From a virus, in IMG/VR virus record IMGVR_UViG_3300032053_005343, positions 64,001 through 128,000 of that record: 64,000 bases of DNA, one strand, 5' to 3'. The notes beneath the pieces were generated by a model, which searched no databases, was not told the origin of the DNA, and saw only the letters and a list, made by a program, of their open reading frames with translations. Made by a program: the position numbers and the translations under genes. Shown one piece after another: positions 61,257 to 64,000 of the stretch (positions within the stretch are counted from its first letter, which is position 1; the number at the start of each line of letters is the position of its first letter).

Positions 61257-61670
61257 TTATCTATATCCATGAATTGTTACCCTCTGTTTACCGTCTGGTA
61301 ATTTGGTTCTAGATACTTGTCTACCTTTCTTTTCTTGTTGAAGGCGAATTGCTTGGAAAGCGTAGTTTTGTTTCAACTTATTCGTCCAGTGTTCCGAATA
61401 TTTAGTTTTGTCAAATTCTGATATAATAGCCGTATAGGTATTATCTTCGTTTTTAATAAATCCCAGGTCGTTTGAAGACATTCCCACATTTTTACGACGA
61501 ATAATAATATTAGCTTTATCTTGTCTTAAATCTCCCCTATATCCGAAAAGATGTTGTGGTTCATCATAAATTTCTATTTGTTCCCTTTGCCACAAGCCAG
61601 TTTCCATCAAAGCAAAAATTAAAGCTTCTTGATTTTTCATAGCAGTTTCAATTTGACAATAAAGGGACAT
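61257..61670 (-). CDS. DUF1257-like protein
   Basis: MS..CQIET.MKN..ALI.AL, LFGYRGD.R...A.IIIRR.NV...SNDLGF, L.Q.YA. Confidence 0.78.
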   Translation of the reverse strand: MSLYCQIETAMKNQEALIFALMETGLWQREQIEIYDEPQHLFGYRGDLRQDKANIIIRRKNVGMSSNDLGFIKNEDNTYTAIISEFDKTKYSEHWTNKLKQNYAFQAIRLQQEKKGRQVSRTKLPDGKQRVTIHGYR

Positions 61671-62314
61671 TATTTTTTTCTCCTATTATATTTTCTTATT
61701 GGTATTGTTAAAGCTTCTTCCATAGAATATCCGTATGTATCTATCCTTGTCATTATCGTATGATAATTTAGATTAAATTTTTTGCAATGATCTTTTAAAC
61801 ACAATCCATTAATGTTTATGTTAGTTTTCATGTTTCTATGTTGTTGTTTGTTTGTTGCCCATCTCCAGTTACCTGGAAAATACCCCTTGTTATTGTCTGT
61901 TCTATCAAGAGATTTTTTATATGGTGGATCGCCAACGTCTTTATAAAAATTTTCAAATCCGTTTTTCTTATTTGACCATCTTTTACAAACTGTAATTGGA
62001 GGGATTCTTCCTCCATAGTTCTTGTATGCTTTATGATTTTTGTCGTTACATCTAGAAATCATACTCGACCATATATAATAAATTTTAGTTTTGCATTTTT
62101 GGTGCTTGGTTCTATTTTTATTTCTTAATATTGTTTGTTCTTTACTAAAACATCCACAGCTTTTTGTGTGTTTACTTTTTAAATCACCGGATGTTACTTT
62201 TATTTCTTTTCCACAATCACACAAGCATAACCAAAGTATTTGGTTGGATCTATTTCTACCGTCCTGTTTAATAACGAGAAGTCTTTCAAATCTTTGCCCG
62301 ATTAAATCCATCAA
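61670..62314 (-). mobile_element. Free-standing HNH homing endonuclease (DLTG family)
   Basis: DLIGQRFERL, SCGC, YGGR, LDRTDNN. Confidence 0.85.
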
Positions 62315-62665
62315 TTATCTCCGTCCCGGATCAGTTAAGCTTTTACCAAAACAACCACTTACCGGCTCAAACATTGGCATTGGTATATTTTTGTTCATCG
62401 CTTTTTCTATTACGTGAGCCAAAAATCCTTGGCCGACCGGACTTCCTAACCACTGAATTAGTGTCGCTGCAAGTTTGTAATTTTCATTAGATTGAATTTC
62501 AACATAATGTTCATCTACATTCCCTGAAAACAAATGATCCAAAGTACAATTTCTTACAGCTAATTGGGTGTTTTCTTCTTGCCAACATTCGGCAAACAAT
62601 TTTTCTAAGGGTTCTCTATTGTATCTATGAGAAGAAAATCCTTTGAATTTATTTAAAATTTTCAT
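62315..62665 (-). CDS. Phage hypothetical protein
   Basis: EKLFAECW..EN; AATLIQWLGSPVGQGFL. Confidence 0.6.
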   Translation of the reverse strand: MKILNKFKGFSSHRYNREPLEKLFAECWQEENTQLAVRNCTLDHLFSGNVDEHYVEIQSNENYKLAATLIQWLGSPVGQGFLAHVIEKAMNKNIPMPMFEPVSGCFGKSLTDPGRR

Positions 62666-62666
62666 T

Positions 62667-62927
62667 TTAATTGTCCGTAACCTGAAGAGAAAGTGGTTCT
62701 ACCATTGTATTTTCGCTTATTCCGTGCTCGTCGCCGTTTGACAGATCCACAAATCTTGCGGGCCAAGCCTCCATACATTCTGTTATACAAAATCTTCCAT
62801 CTGTTCTTATACATATGTGATATTGAGATGGAGCAGATCTTGAATCTGGCCAATATTTAAAACATTCCCCAACACCAATATTTCTTGCTTCGGTCATTTT
62901 TGGCTTATTTTCAATATTAATTTTCAT
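62667..62927 (-). CDS. Hypothetical protein
   Basis: In-operon ORF. Confidence 0.5.
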   Translation of the reverse strand: MKINIENKPKMTEARNIGVGECFKYWPDSRSAPSQYHICIRTDGRFCITECMEAWPARFVDLSNGDEHGISENTMVEPLSLQVTDN

Positions 62928-63096
62928 TTCGAACCCCTTCTATGGATCTTGAAAAATTTCCTTCGCCATCATAACCAATTGGTTGACCAGGAAATAAACG
63001 ATTGTGTTCTTCTGCTAGTTCATCGCCATCTAATGTTTCATATATCTCCGTAATTTGTTGTATAACTTCATCATATGTTATTTTTTTTGTTTGCAT
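62917..63096 (-). CDS. Small acidic protein (59 aa, not in ORF track)
   Basis: Manual translation MQTKKITYDEVIQQITEIYETLDGDELAEEHNRLFPG...; fills the gap between neighbours. Confidence 0.5.
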   Translation of the reverse strand: MQTKKITYDEVIQQITEIYETLDGDELAEEHNRLFPGQPIGYDGEGNFSRSIEGVRNEN

Positions 63097-63479
63097 TTAT
63101 ATTCTGCCCTTTCTAGTAAATCTTCAAAAAATTCTACTTTGTTTACTCTTCTATTTTTAGCAACAGTGTCGCATAATCTACAAATACTACCAATACGTGA
63201 TTTTAATTCGTTTAATTTATAAGTTAATTGATCTGAGGTGATACATTTTTTCATTGTCCGTTTATTAAAATCTTGAACATAAACATAATTTATATCTATA
63301 TTTGTACCTGAAACCCACGCAACTTCAATTATTATGCCTTGATTTTCATATAATTGAATACAAAAACATCTTGTAGAAATTAAATCTCGTATTTCTTTAA
63401 CTAATAAATTTGTTTCATATTTTTCTTTGTTCATTAGTTTCCTACCAATCCATAGTAAAACTTCCAAAATTTGTTTCAA
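63078..63479 (-). CDS. Hypothetical protein (start probably MNKEK)
   Basis: In-operon ORF. Confidence 0.5.
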   Translation of the reverse strand: MKQILEVLLWIGRKLMNKEKYETNLLVKEIRDLISTRCFCIQLYENQGIIIEVAWVSGTNIDINYVYVQDFNKRTMKKCITSDQLTYKLNELKSRIGSICRLCDTVAKNRRVNKVEFFEDLLERAEYKCKQKK

Positions 63480-63825
63480 TTAACATTTCTTTAAATTCAT
63501 CAATAGATAATTTATTAATCGTAGATGGCAATTCATCATATTCATCTATGTATTCTATATAATGCAAAAAATCTTCCCATGTATAAACCCTGTATTTATT
63601 ATAATCTCCAGGCCAACAAGAATCTACCATTTCTCCTATTATACCATACTGGGTCTTGTGTATAAGCCAAGGTTCATCTTTTTTTATACAATGTTCTGCC
63701 CAAATTTTAAATCTTTCTTTTAGTGGTTCATTTTTATTTGTTACAATTTTTCTTAATTTTGGTTGAGCCTCTTTAATCATTTTCTTATAGGAATTTAATT
63801 GTATAATTAAATCTTTATCCTTCAT
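63442..63825 (-). CDS. Hypothetical protein
   Basis: In-operon ORF. Confidence 0.55.
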   Translation of the reverse strand: MKDKDLIIQLNSYKKMIKEAQPKLRKIVTNKNEPLKERFKIWAEHCIKKDEPWLIHKTQYGIIGEMVDSCWPGDYNKYRVYTWEDFLHYIEYIDEYDELPSTINKLSIDEFKEMLIETNFGSFTMDW

Positions 63826-63826
63826 T

Positions 63827-64000
63827 TTATATAATCACCTTCCTTTTAAGGCTATTAATAAATTGTGAACCTTCTCCTTCTTCGAGAGAAGCTTGTTTTC
63901 TAATGCTGGATAAGGATAGAGAGACGGCTGTTTTCATTGCTGCGCTATCAAAACTTTTTGATGTTGTGCCCAAATCAAGATACTGGTCTCTAAAATCTGT
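63827..64000 (-). CDS. C-terminal end of a gene entering the window (possibly DUF3150-like), ending RKVII
   Basis: Manual translation ...TDFRDQYLDLG...SLSLSSIRKQASLEEGEGSQFINSLKRKVII*. Confidence 0.5.
   Translation of the reverse strand, partial: TDFRDQYLDLGTTSKSFDSAAMKTAVSLSLSSIRKQASLEEGEGSQFINSLKRKVII

Noticed and set aside
1159-62417. Plus-strand ORFs in the track
   Set aside because: All are antisense shadows of well-supported minus-strand genes and have no recognisable motifs.
62662-62853. Alternative-frame minus-strand ORF (also 6391, 18200, 58452, 61828)
   Set aside because: Nested within better-supported genes on the same strand.
1-64000. Stop-codon reassignment
   Set aside because: Conserved genes are intact in the standard code, and TAA, TGA and TAG all occur as gene ends.
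1-64000. CRISPR array, tRNA or rRNA genes
   Set aside because: No regularly spaced repeats or cloverleaf-like sequence were seen. The Cas4-like nuclease at 15369 has no cas neighbours.

Overview
AT-rich segment of a large dsDNA bacteriophage genome (jumbo-type; host uncertain, possibly Planctomycetota). Essentially all genes lie on the minus strand, are tightly packed and use the standard genetic code. From left to right it holds: a glycan-biosynthesis cluster (Gmd, DegT/Per aminotransferase, sulfotransferase, four GT2 enzymes, a cytidylyltransferase-methyltransferase fusion, LicD); a replication/recombination block (N-terminal half of DnaE, PD-(D/E)xK nucleases, dNMP kinase, primase, DnaB, RecA, RNase H); nucleotide metabolism (intein-containing ribonucleotide reductase, dCMP deaminase, ThyX, intein-containing IMPDH/GMP reductase); a sigma factor, ClpP, a Dam-like methylase and a BrxL-like ATPase; an RNA-repair kinase plus phosphatase-ligase; a DNA ligase; and a dispersed DUF1257/DUF2997-like module. 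The window is saturated with homing endonucleases: 24 free-standing genes plus 2 LAGLIDADG inteins, about 28% of the DNA. Top leads are (i) an HNH gene flanked by a recoded duplicate of the IMPDH N-terminus, suggesting invasion of a gene's 5' end with N-terminal replacement, (ii) an acidic, catalytically truncated derivative of the dominant HNH family, possibly a domesticated decoy, (iii) a C-terminal RK[IV]I[LI] tag shared by unrelated proteins, (iv) a Lon-less BrxL-like ATPase with an altered Walker A, and (v) a candidate histone-fold protein. All family calls come from motif recognition by eye; no database searches were run.
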